Source: Camelus ferus
Taxonomy: Eukaryota
DNA length: 64,000 bases
Direction of reading: 5' to 3'
Assembly: GCF_009834535.1 (NCBI RefSeq)
Contig: NC_045697.1
Coordinates: 39,744,001 to 39,808,000 of the forward strand
In this document: positions 52,681-64,000 of the stretch, piece by piece
Numbering within the stretch: the stretch's first letter is position 1
Layout of the letters: every line of letters starts with the position of its first letter
Translations under genes and position numbers: made by a program
The notes under the pieces: model-generated
Database searches by the model: none
Told to the model about the DNA's origin: nothing
What the model saw: the letters and a program-made list of their open reading frames with translations, nothing else

Positions 52681-52729
52681 AACAGAGGTGCATTAAAAAA
52701 AACTCTCACACCCTCAGACCCTACTAGCA

Positions 52730-53265
52730 AGAATAGAAATGGTGCAACTACTTTTGGAAAAAGAGTTGGCAGCTCCTTAAAAGGTTAAACTTAGAGTTAT
52801 CCTGTAACTCAACAATTCCACTCCTAGATAAATATCTAAGAGAAAGGAAGACATGTATCAACACTAAAACTTGTCCACCAATGTCCACAGTATCAACCAA
52901 CTGATGAACGTATAAACAAAATGTGGTATATTTATACAATAGAATATTGTTTGGCAATAAAAAGGAATGAAGCCCTGATACATGCTACAACACTGATGAA
53001 CTTTATGCTAAGATAACATTATGCTAAGTTAAAAGAAGCCAATCACAAAAGACCACATGTTATATGATTCTGTTTACATGAAAAAGCAGAAGAGGCAAAT
53101 CTACAGAGACAGAAAACAAACGGCCTAGAGCTAGGGGAAAGAGCTGTGTTCCTGCTAATGGGTATGGGGTGAATATAACAAAAAAACCACTGAACTGTAC
53201 ACCTTAAGTGGGTAAATTGTACAATATGTGAATTATACCTCAATAAAGCTATTATGAAAAAGCAA
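52730..53265 (+). mobile_element. L1MB/MC 3' portion
   Basis: aatggtgcaactacttttggaaaa...gaattatacctcaataaagct. Confidence 0.8.
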
Positions 53266-53814
53266 ATACATCTCAGGGTGAAGGATGGGTCCAAACTTTA
53301 GGCAGCAGGTTGTCAGCTGCCATAGCAACACGCCTGCCATTATTTACTGCAGATGTAATCACACGGCTTCCCACTCTGGAATACTTAGTTTTAGGATTAA
53401 AAAAGAACTTCATACATATTTGGGTCATGGAAATCACACACTGTAGGATGTCCATGCTCCATATATTTAGGTCCCTAGCACCAACAATATATTTGCAGCT
53501 GACTCACAAATACTTCAGACCCCCACAAGCAAATCAGGCAAACCTAATACAGGACAGCAGACAGGATTTCTATGGTTGCCCCTCCTGTGTCAGCAGTTTC
53601 ACACCTGTACACATGCAGAGCATTACAGCCACCAGGCAAATGCCTGACACTTGAAGCTGTGCGAGCCTGTCTAGAAATGAACTCCACAGAGCAACCACGG
53701 GGAGGAAAAATGAAAGGAATGTAGTTTATTAAAACAAAGTTTTGACTTGGTTTTATTTGTACAAAAAAGGGGATTCTACAGTCCTTAGTTAGAAACTTTT
53801 TTGTCTCTTTTCAC

Positions 53815-54850
53815 AGTATCATTTATTCAAAAATAATTACTGAAGGTGGCACTGCTACGTGCAATATACCATTCTAGGTACTGAGGATATAAAACAAAGC
53901 CCCGATCTTCATGGAGCATAAATAAATATGAGAGAGGGAGGAAGAGGAGATATGAATGAAGGTGCATGTAGGGCATCAGATAGGGATAAACTATGAAGAA
54001 AAACAAAGCAGGGACTAGAAATAAAGAGGTGCTGGGCAGAGGGTACGAAATTCACAGGGTAGTAAAAGTGAGGTGGGAAATCCCATAAAAAAGACCGGCA
54101 GGACCCCCAGGCAGGGCCACTACTCTCCTACCAGCACCATCTGGTTCCCTGGCCCAACGGCTTTATCTCTCTTTTTGCCTCTGAACCAGCTAACTTCCAG
54201 GAAAGTGGGCTCACTCCTGATTGGTCCATTTCCCTCACTCCTGATTGGTTATTTCTCTCCCTCCTGATTGGTCCATTTCCCTCACTCCTGATTGGTTATT
54301 TCTCCCCCACGCAATTGGTCCATTTCTACAAAGCCTGTTCCTAATTAGTCAACTTTTGTTATACTTTATTTGCATATGATGTTGCAAAGTGTAAACTGGC
54401 AGCCTATAAAAGCCTGTGTAAACCTACAGACGGGGGTCCAGAGATTGGAGTGTTAACTCCTATGGGCCCACTGGCATAATAAACCTGAGTTCTCCAACTC
54501 TCCGGGTGCTGCTTGGTCTCTCGCTCGGATCCAGGTTGCTGTCACAACAGCGAGCTGTAACACGTTTTCCTGCAACAAAAGGAAAGGAGTGGGAAGAAGC
54601 AGGGAATCCAAGATGACTTTAAAGCGTTTGACCTGAAGAACGGAACTGCCTTTTACAAAAATGGAAGAACAGAGTGAGGAAAAGGCTTAAGGGAGAGAAT
54701 CAGTTTGACTTTGGATACGTTAAATTTAAGATGCCAATTACACATCCAAGTGGAGATTTCAAGTGGAAATCAAGCCTGGAATTCAGTGAAGTTGAGGCTG
54801 GAAATACTGTGTGAATAAACATTATAAAGATGGTACTTAAAGCTTTCTCT
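53815..54850 (-). mobile_element. L2 remnant split by the solo LTR
   Basis: catttattcaa...ttctaggtactgaggata on the left and tttggatacgttaaatttaagatgcc...acatccaagtggaga on the right. Confidence 0.6.
54069..54577 (+). mobile_element. Solo ERV1-like LTR (509 bp), well preserved
   Basis: TG...CA termini, perfect 4-bp TSD aaag, TATAAAA at 54405-54411, AATAAA at 54478-54483. Confidence 0.88.
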
Positions 54851-54859
54851 GTTATATTT

Positions 54860-55660
54860 ATTCAACCTATCCCCCAGAGGATGAGTAAGCAGTTTGTTAC
54901 TTTGCCATTAAAAACACTGCTGCAATAAGCATCCACAGAAATACTTCCTTATGCTATATGGTACCATTTTCATTTGAGTAAGGGAGCTTCCTAAAAATGG
55001 AACTGCTGATTCAAAAGTTTGACCATTTTAAATTTTACTAAAAACAGCCAGCTGATTTACAAAAAGACCACAGCAGTGCACACCTCCTCAATCAAGACAT
55101 GACAGTACCCATTTTCCAATACCAGTGAGAAGAGGATAGTACTCTAAAATTTTTTTCCAATTAAATGGATGAAAAAATGGTATCTTGTTTTAATTAAAAA
55201 TTCCCTGAGCATATTTGCATTTATTCATTGGCCAGTGGCAAGCACTCCTCTGTAGAATGTCCATTTTATTACAGAGTTGCTTATCTTTTTCTTATCAATT
55301 TGAAGCTGCTCTGATACATTAGAAATATGAAACCTCTACCTGGTAGTTTGCAGCAATTATTTCTCCCAGTCTATGACTCATTATTGGCTTCATTTATGCA
55401 TGTCTTGTATCACAGAAAAAATTCTGTTTGTGCAAATTTGCCAATCATTTACTTTATGGCTTCTGGACCACCTGTCTCACGTTAGAAGCCCCAAGGTTTT
55501 AAACACATGCCCCTTTTTTCTGTAGTTTTACTTTGTACATTTGTGTGTTTATTTGGAAGTTACTTTTGAATATGGAGTGAGCTAGGGAGTCTAGGTGCGT
55601 TTGGAGGTGAACAGTCAATTATATCAATGGCATTTATTAAGTAAACCATTCTTTCCGTGT
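54860..55660 (-). mobile_element. Old L1ME-type remnant
   Basis: aaaaatggtatcttgttttaatt...attatttctcccagtct reverse L1 motifs. Confidence 0.6.
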
Positions 55661-56357
55661 AGTAAGTGCCTGTTATCATATGCCTGACTTACCTGTGCAG
55701 CCATGCAACCTTGACCAGAAAAAAATTCTGCATAAAAGCCTAAGGAAAGTCAAAGTGCCCAAGTACTTTATATAAATATGGAAATTACACTGAGCAGTGA
55801 CATATAAAATTGAGAGTCAAGAATGCACTGAGGGAAGAGGAACAACAGTACAAGTGAAAGAAGCATGGCTTCTTCTTGACTTGTGGCTCTGGTCTCACCA
55901 TTCAGAGCTAGAGACAGAGTAAAGGTACTTAAACTAAATCCTTAAGAAAAGTCTTGGGTTCCCTCCCCAGTCTCTCCCGTCACAAACCAACTGGTTGGTT
56001 CCATCCACATGCACTAAAGCCTGAGGCTCCCCCGGCCAGTCCTAAGAAGGTCTCTAGACAGCTTTGGCCACAAGAGATGTGTCTTCTCCTCACTGCCAAA
56101 ATTAAAGGTTCATTTAAACTGTGGACAAACTTGAAATGGTGTTAGTGCCCAAAATATCTAAGTCAAGGTAGTAAAATGGTATTCATAAAGTGATTTAACA
56201 AAGGGATGGCTTTAAGGAGATGGAATAAGAATTCGATTTTTCTCAAGCTCATAAAATGATAAGGAAAAGAAATTCTGTAAGTCAGGGGGTCCTGCCTAAC
56301 CCTGGATAAAAGGTACTGGTCCTCTCCCCCAACTCAGCCTATGTCTGGTGATGTGTG

Positions 56358-56360
<3 letters not shown>

Positions 56361-56442
<82 letters not shown>

Positions 56443-56466
56443 GGAGGGAGGGAGGGAGGGAGAGAG
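56361..56466. repeat. (GA)~39 microsatellite followed by (GGGA)n
   Basis: Directly visible. Confidence 0.97.
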
Positions 56467-58789
56467 GCAAATGGAGAAAAGGGGTGGGGAGAGAGAAATA
56501 CCGCTCCCCTTCCCACTCCTAATCACATTTTGTCAGTTTAGATATATAAAAAGCAGCTATTTACAAAACCTGTATAAAACCTAAAGATGAATTCCCCACC
56601 CTTTGAGATACCTTCTGATGAATGAGAATAGTAAAAAAAAAAAAAAGGCGACAGGTATCCAGGTAATCTGAATTATACCCTCAGTGACCAGTGGGAGAGC
56701 ACGAAATAGTTAGAATGATTATATACTGTTCATCACTAGCATCTCTACACTGTAGAGACTAAAGGCAAAGCATTTCTACCTTGAACGCTGCTTTCAGTGA
56801 AGAATGAAAAACAGAAGGATGGGTAAAACATGGGCTCACATCATAAGGATATCACAGAAACTTCCAACTCCTCATTCATGACTAGCTGGTTTGAGGGCTC
56901 CCTGTCACATGCCCCCTCACAGTAAATAAAAACACTCCGCATTACTTAAGCCTTCTTTCCCTCAAGCAAAGGGGACAGTGTTCAACTTGTGCCTGCCAGT
57001 GAGCTCAGAGTGAGTGCCGTTCTTCATTCTTCCAACTTGCCCTTCTCTCCTCCTTGTTACCAACATTCTTGCTTTCAGCTGGGTCTAGACCACCTGCCTC
57101 CACTTCCAAGAAGGAAGCCAGACGACTTGCTGCCTAAGGGCATAAGGGCCCCACCCCCATACAGGCCCTATTTTGACCTGGTACCCAAACAGCCTCGGAC
57201 CACGGGCAGAATGTCGAACTCACTATCTCAGTCAGCACAATCTATTTTCCCAGGATCAGTACTCTCCGTACAGCAAGAGGCCAATTCCAAACCAATAAAT
57301 AAAAGATTGCTTTCACATGATAAAGTACACAACTCTATCTGAAGTGGGAAACAGGTTTTTTTCAATTGGCAGGGACTCTCCTCAAGCTAATGACCTTGAA
57401 ACAAGGGAAAGAGCCTTATAACACTCTTCTTCACAGAAAGAACAACTCCCCAAAAAAAGTTAACAGGCTGAGATGAGACGCTATTGTGACTAGACCGCAC
57501 AGAAAGTTCTCAGACACAGATTTTTAATGAGGTAAATCATATTCCTTTTGAGAGTATCTGAGTCCACTGCACATGTTTCCATTTTAACAGCTGACAGCAG
57601 CAAAGGAGAAAAATATCACGAGGGAGAAAATAACACTTTAAATATAATGGGACAATTCTCACGTCCAAAAAAAAGCACCACAGAGTGGCAGAGCTGACCC
57701 TTGTTGGTAAAGCACTTGAGGGACAAATGCAGGCATTAAACGGGGCCCAGCAAATCTTACAACCACATCAGCGGGCTGGAGATTGGGCAGGAAGGATGAA
57801 TCTTCGCATTACTACGAAACTCCACTCCCATCCATCCATCACTGATTCATACCTAAACTCATACCCGTACATTCTGCCAAACAAATAAATCATCTCATCA
57901 CTGGAAGACGTGTATCAGTCATATCAACAGACATTCATACTCCCCCGGAAATTTACTTATTGCCGAGAAAGGTGTGGTAGTGGGGATGGGAGGCATCCTA
58001 AAGTGTGTACTTTAAAGTCTGTTTCATTTCGTGATTTTAATTAGTTTGACAATTAAATGAGGAGGGATCACTAATATATGAATGCCTGCTTCGTGGACCA
58101 GGTGATACTACTTGTTAAAGAAAATGTTCTCAGACCACTTTCAAAATCTTTGCCATCTTTCTAAAAATGGGTAAAATTGGTAAGGTTTACTGAGCTGAAG
58201 TGGCTAAGTCTACTACAGCTCCCTTTGGAGTTGTTCTGCTGTGTGGCACCAAATCCACTTTTAGTTCTGTGAAGCCTAATAAATGGAAATCTTTACCAGT
58301 CAAGTCACTCTTTTATCCTTCATCCTTAAAATCCAACGATTTTCTTTAAACACAGATCACTCTAATCTTTGTTGGCTGAGCCCGCAGCAATTTCCCAGGG
58401 CTCATATAGAACATGGCAAATTAACAAAATAATAAAACCCACAAGACATTTCATTTAACACATTTCCTACACTATGTGCCTACCACATTATGCTTATCTC
58501 TAAGATATAAAGGTAAGAGAGTAACTCTTAAGAAATACACTATTCCACATCATATATCATATAATAAACACTACAGAGAAAGCATTGCCTCATGACGACA
58601 ACCATTAGTTTTGTTCTAAAAGCAGACGCGAAGGTGTTGACTTCGTAAAAGGAACCACTGATCATAATATGGAGCAAAATATAGACTCGTGGTTTCACTT
58701 TAGGGTGTCAAAGACACAAGTTTGCACACAGTATGAAATCAGACACCATGCTTTGCTTGCCGGTCAGCTATCACCCACTGCTTCCTTGC

Positions 58790-59294
58790 ACCAGAACCCT
58801 CAGGGCCGCTGGGCCCCTCCTGAGGCCCAGGAGATGAGTCCTGACTATGCCAATCAGATGATTCTTATTTCACTAATCAGGCATGCCAGTGACTGGTCTA
58901 GGGTAAGCATGTAACCCAGGCCTGGCCAATGAGAGTAAAGAAGATGTTAGGAGTTCCTGGGAAAGATCTGCCCCATTTTGAAAGGTGATGCAAGTAACTC
59001 CCCTTCTTGTTTGCCTTTGAACACAGTGAAGATGTGATGCCTGGAGCTGCGACAGGCACCTGGTGACCATGAGGGGACAAGCCCAAGGAAGAAAGTCAAC
59101 AAACTGAAGATGGCAGAATAGAAAGATGGGAAGCACCCAGGTACTTGACGGTGTCAGTATGCCCTTGACTTAACCAATCCTAGAAACATCTCTCTATGGA
59201 CTTTCAATGTGAGATCAGATATTTTACTTGTTGTTCATGCCACATTTAGTTTAGTATTCTGTTACTTGCAGCTGAAAGCATCCTGACTTATACA
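58790..59294. mobile_element. MLT1-type MaLR LTR
   Basis: atgtgatgcctggagctgcg...gtgaccatgagg...tctgttacttgcagctgaaagcatcctgacttataca; start approximate. Confidence 0.75.
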
Positions 59295-60074
59295 GGCCCA
59301 TTTAAAAAAAAAAAAAAAGGATCAGACAGGTTCAGATTCCAAAATGATCTCTTCTTAGGCAAGTGCAGAATGCAGGAAGGAGACCACTTACCTTCTTTCA
59401 GGTCATGTATATCCCTGTCCAAAGATCCACCCCTATCAAAGCTAAACGGAAGCCTAAAGTAACTGCCCACAGAGCTCAGTGGGGCTCAAGCATCAATGGA
59501 TTGCAGTCTAATTTCGAACCTGTGGCGAGATCAAGTCACCTGGCCAAGTGTTGCCAAATCTTCTAGGAGCATCACAAAATAGCCCTTTGTGTGCCATAAC
59601 ATCCCCAGCGGCCTCATTTGCTTCCCTTATCTTTGCAATTTTGGACCAGAATGCTGAGGCAGTGTTAACCACGGTGTTGAGATAAGATAAATGTATGCAT
59701 GTCCATATATGGATAATCCATTTTTACAGAGTTCCCAATATATGCAAGGTACTTTTCTTGGGACCAATAAGATAAAGGACCAAAAAATAGAAAACAGACA
59801 GTCCTCTAAAATTCAAAATACAAAAATAAGCATAATGTGTGAAGTCTCTCTTAACGACCCTAGCTTACATCATCTTCCTCCCCTGGAGGTATATACCACT
59901 CATCAGATCCTGCAGCGTTAAGGGAACCTATAAAGATGATTAACTCAATTATTTATCTATGTATAAATACAATATATATGTAATGAATTTATCTATTTGT
60001 TAATATGCTGGAATAGTAGAATAAAAAGTTGTAATGGAAGGTGTTAAGACAAATTACTACTACCACTACTAGTA

Positions 60075-60330
60075 ATAATAGCTAGCACTAATTTAGTGCT
60101 TACTTTGGGCCAGGCATTATTCCAAACACCTGACATACAACTTTCTAAATCCTCTAACAACCCTAATAGGTAGATATTAACATTATCCACATTTTACAAT
60201 TAAGAGAACTGACATACAGAGAGGTTAAGCAACTTTCCCAGAGTCACACAGCCAGTGAGTGGCAGAGCCAGGATTCCAAACTATTAAGTCTGGCTCCAGA
60301 GTCCATGCTCTTATTCATTGCACTGCCTAC
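60075..60330 (-). mobile_element. MIR, near full length
   Basis: aatcctctaacaaccct...attatccacattttaca...agaggttaagcaactttcccagagtcacacagccagtgagtggcagagccaggatt. Confidence 0.8.
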
Positions 60331-62105
60331 ATAATTAGTTAACACTCTAAATTAAAATCATTTACAATAACGATTCCAGTTGCTATGAGTTATTTAATAA
60401 CTACATAAAATAGAAACTGCAAAACATGTCTGAATAGTGAGAGAAAAAAATGATTTGAAGCCTGAAAGGATATGAGACCGTATCTGTTGCGGAGAGTTAC
60501 CCCATATTTCAACATTACATGCTGTCAAAGGGCGTGTACTCAGAAAGACAAACATTTCCGTAGCTCCTGAATCACTATGAAGTAGCAGCTGACTACACAT
60601 ACCCCATTCAGACTGATAAATTTAGAAACACTTTACTTATCCTAGACCTGTCAAGATCACAGATCACCAAGCTAGACAAGAGTTCATCAAAGCCACCAAA
60701 CTATGAAATTCAGACTGCAACACAAAAATTCAAGGGTGGACTTACTAAAATCATGGAACATCCCTGCAGCACTGACATCATCACCAAAGCTGCCCCTTCT
60801 CTGAATTTCTAGAGTTCACTCCTCCTGCAAGCTCACAAACTTAAGATAAACTTGAACTTTATATGTATGTGGGTGGAAAAGATGACATTCTGAGAAATCA
60901 AAAGTCAGCACTGTTGGTGAGCTGACATAGACCTAACTCTTCATTATAATCCTCATTCTGACACACTTAGGACCTTTATCTCTTGCTGGGCACATGGCGA
61001 ACGGCATTATGTAATCTTCACAGGAATATGCCTTATTCCCTATAAACTCCCAGAGGGTAGCTCTGTGCTAAACATGTGGTGTTCTGACAGCATCTAGAAC
61101 AAATGAGGAATCCAGTAGTCTAATCACTTCGTAAATATCTGCTGAATCAATCACTGAATAAGACGCAAATAATTCAAGGAAATAAAGGAACAACAAGAGT
61201 AAATTGCGAGGCAAAACGTATCCTCCTGAGATGTGAATTATCATGTGTTCTTTCTCCCCAGATTATCCGGCACTCTAAGGAGCATAAAAGAACAGGCTGA
61301 CAAACAGTCATCTAATGATTTTAAAGAGGAAAGAGATTGTCTCTCTGTACTTTTAATCAAAGCACTTCGATCATATGTAGTCTTTAACAGGTAAATTAAA
61401 GAATACAAGCTACTTGGAGGCCAAGTTTACATCTTTTTTGTTTCTTTTATAAGGACTGAGTGGAAATTAAATGTAAACAAAAAAACAGCTTGAAAATAAA
61501 ACTCTATTGAGCTTTTCCAACCAGCCTGAAGTTAAAAAGATGTCCGTGGACAAAATTCTAGGATTCTTAAAACCAAACTGTCTGTCAGTACCCAAGACTC
61601 AAACTCAACTTTCTTTCCTCTTCTCCTTTACATATATGTGGGATAATAATTCTGACCTACTTTAACAGGACTATCATGAGGATTAATCAGCTTAAAAATG
61701 CTAAGCACATCGAGACGAAAAGAGCTTGTAATATATATAGTTAACCACTTTTACAATTAACAAATCAACTGAGACCCTTGTATCACAATGCAAACCACTG
61801 TGTTAATTACTTACAAGTAAACTGCAAATTTTTAAAACAAAAACATCTCAGTGAAGAACATGCTCACTAACAAGGATATATTTTCTAAAACATTCAAATG
61901 TCTTTAAAGAAAGTAGGCTGAGTACTATAGGCTGAAAAAAGTAACTTTCAATTAGCCATACCAGAAAATAAAATTATTAAATGGCATTTGCTCCGGATCC
62001 CTAGGCCTCTGGACCAGAAGGCTGTCCACTGAGCTATCAAAGCAACAACACACCCCATGGGGTCTGATTACTACTGTCATCATCGTCATCAGAAAGGGCT
62101 GTGCT

Positions 62106-62231
62106 GGAGGGGAGGCCATAGCTCAGTGGCGGAGTGCGTACTTAGCATGCACAAGGTCCTGGGTTCAATCCCCAGTACCTTGATTTAAAAAAAAAAAAAC
62201 TAATAAATAAACCTAATTATCTCCCTCTCCC

Positions 62232-62260
<29 letters not shown>
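62106..62260 (+). mobile_element. Vic-1-like SINE
   Basis: catagctcagtggcggagtgcgtacttagcatgcacaaggtcctgggttcaatccccagtacc...acctaattatctccc...poly(A). Confidence 0.87.
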
Positions 62261-62262
<2 letters not shown>

Positions 62263-64000
62263 CGTGCAGCCTCCCTAATGAGGAAGGGATGGGCCCCTAA
62301 AAAGTGCGATGTTGACATCTGAGCATTTGCTTTGGCACCTTCTGCCTCTTATATCAGAGTTACGGCCATGGAAACATGCACCTCAAAGTGAGGAAGTCAT
62401 TACAGCGTTTCTTCCCTTTCCTTCAGCTCAGCTAGTTTGCTTTTCGGCAAAAGCTGATTAACATGGCAGAGTTACTGCGTCCTTCAGATGCCCGAGAACA
62501 ACCTGATAAGCTAGTTAAGAGTGTTTCTTCTACCAGGGTTAGCAGCATCCACAGCCCTGGGAATTGAGGCTTTTGAGGTGTTCCGCTTTATAAACCTCAT
62601 TTATCAAGCGGCGGGAGAGCTGTTACATATGGTGATGGGCATTATGGAAATGCCTAGATTGAATACAAAGTGTGAATGTGAATTGGGTTAAATTACCTGC
62701 AAAAAAGAGAGAAACTAACTCAGGAGGAGGTAAAAGGAACCAACCACAGATATGAATCAAACAGCGTGGCACAGAAATGTTAAAAGTCTGTTTATAAATG
62801 GTTACCTGTGGGGTTTGCTATGGAAAGGTTTCCTGGGATGTCCATGCAGAATTTTTAAAATTTAACATAGTCAAATGAGATTAAGTAATTGCACCTACCA
62901 CAGTTCTCGCCTACTCAAGACAGGAAGAAAGGTTAGAGGAGGTTTACATAAATTCAGACATCCCTGATAACACAAGGATTAGCTGATGCTAAAATCCCAA
63001 TATAGGGAGTCAGAGTATGTATGGGAAAAGGAGAGCGGTCCGTACAGCTGAAGAGTAGTGTTGACACTGAGGATGGGCAGGAGTAAGCAAAGCATGGTAA
63101 ACTGAGGTAAAATTATTGAATGTTTTTCTATGGGTGACCAGTTTCTATTTTAATTTAATAAAATATTTCAAGATTTGATTAACGTTCAGTTATAGATTTA
63201 TCAGTTGTTTTTTAAAAAGCATCATTTAGAAGAAAACTTGCTGTTTGCTGGCTTTATTTAAAAAAAAAAAGGAGGCACACCCATCTTCCTGTAATGCAGC
63301 TCTGTAACCGTACGTCTTGGGAAATTGTGAGATGACTTCATGGGCCAAGACATGAGGAAATTAGTAATGATCCTAGATTGTCCTAAGCACTGAAACTATC
63401 CCTGATCTAGGGGAGGAGACAAGGTTGATACCACAACTGAGGGTGAAAATGAAGGAGAAAAAAGTCCTCTGGGAAAGGAGTATGCACAACAGTAATAATC
63501 CAACACTTTTTTTAAAAAAAGCTAGACATTGAGTTTAGAAAGGGCTCTGATATTCTGCCCACTAAAAATGCTTCTGGGAATCACAGGCCTCTTTGCCTTT
63601 GGCTGAAGCCCAAATGAATGAGTCATGGACACACCTAAGCTAGAACCCTAAGCTGCCTGACACACTGGGAAAACATCAGGGCCAGCACAACCAGGAGTTT
63701 CAGTACCTGCTATGCCCTCAAAACACCCTCCTCGAGCCACACAGAGACAGGCACAACATTGGTCACATAAGGGCAGCGTGGAGAAGCAAAGAAGTCAGAG
63801 TCCAAGGAAGGCACAGCAGCCTCAGAAGCCGCAAAAGCAACAGGAAACTATTAGATGATCTCAAGGAGGAAAAAAATAAACCCTTTAAATCACTGTGAAG
63901 GGCTTTATACCACTGCTCTGTGGCAAGTACAGGAGTCCTCCCGAAAAAAAAAAAAAAAAAAAAAAGAATTCAAGTACCTTGCAGCTGTTAGAGACAAAGT

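Noticed and set aside
54211..54325. CRISPR-like short repeat array
   Set aside because: A tandem 23/24-bp repeat without unique spacers, inside a eukaryotic LTR.
56296..56541. RE-repeat and SL-repeat ORFs
   Set aside because: Translation artefacts of the (GA)n microsatellite.
59386..59455. Perfect AAG|GTAAGT donor with several possible upstream AGs
   Set aside because: There is no single convincing acceptor, and isolated consensus donors occur by chance in long introns.
35750..64000. HERC3 first coding exon (MLCWG...) or promoter
   Set aside because: No matching sequence or CpG island was found; the region reads as one long repeat-rich intron.

Overview
Mammalian genomic DNA, probably camelid, judging from several tRNA-derived Vic-1-like SINEs. 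The whole window lies inside the HERC3 gene (RCC1-like domain + HECT E3 ubiquitin ligase) on the minus strand. I mapped 16 consecutive GT-AG coding exons between 35749 and 1269. They total 1970 nt, the phases are consistent, and the frame is open; they correspond to about residues 76-732 of the human protein as I recall it. The first coding exon lies beyond 64000 and most HECT exons lie before position 1. The rest is intron, filled with L1, HAL1, L2, MIR, SINE, LTR and DNA-transposon remnants, many of them nested. The most interesting signals are: an intact intron read-through exon with a nearby AATAAA giving a HECT-less short isoform; a 24-nt in-frame microexon; a solo ERV LTR with five phased CCAAT boxes, an octamer and a TATA box, antisense to HERC3; and two non-consensus residues in one RCC1 repeat. 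I found no convincing wholly novel system. Repeat subfamily names come from recalled consensus sequences, and repeat boundaries without TSDs are approximate.
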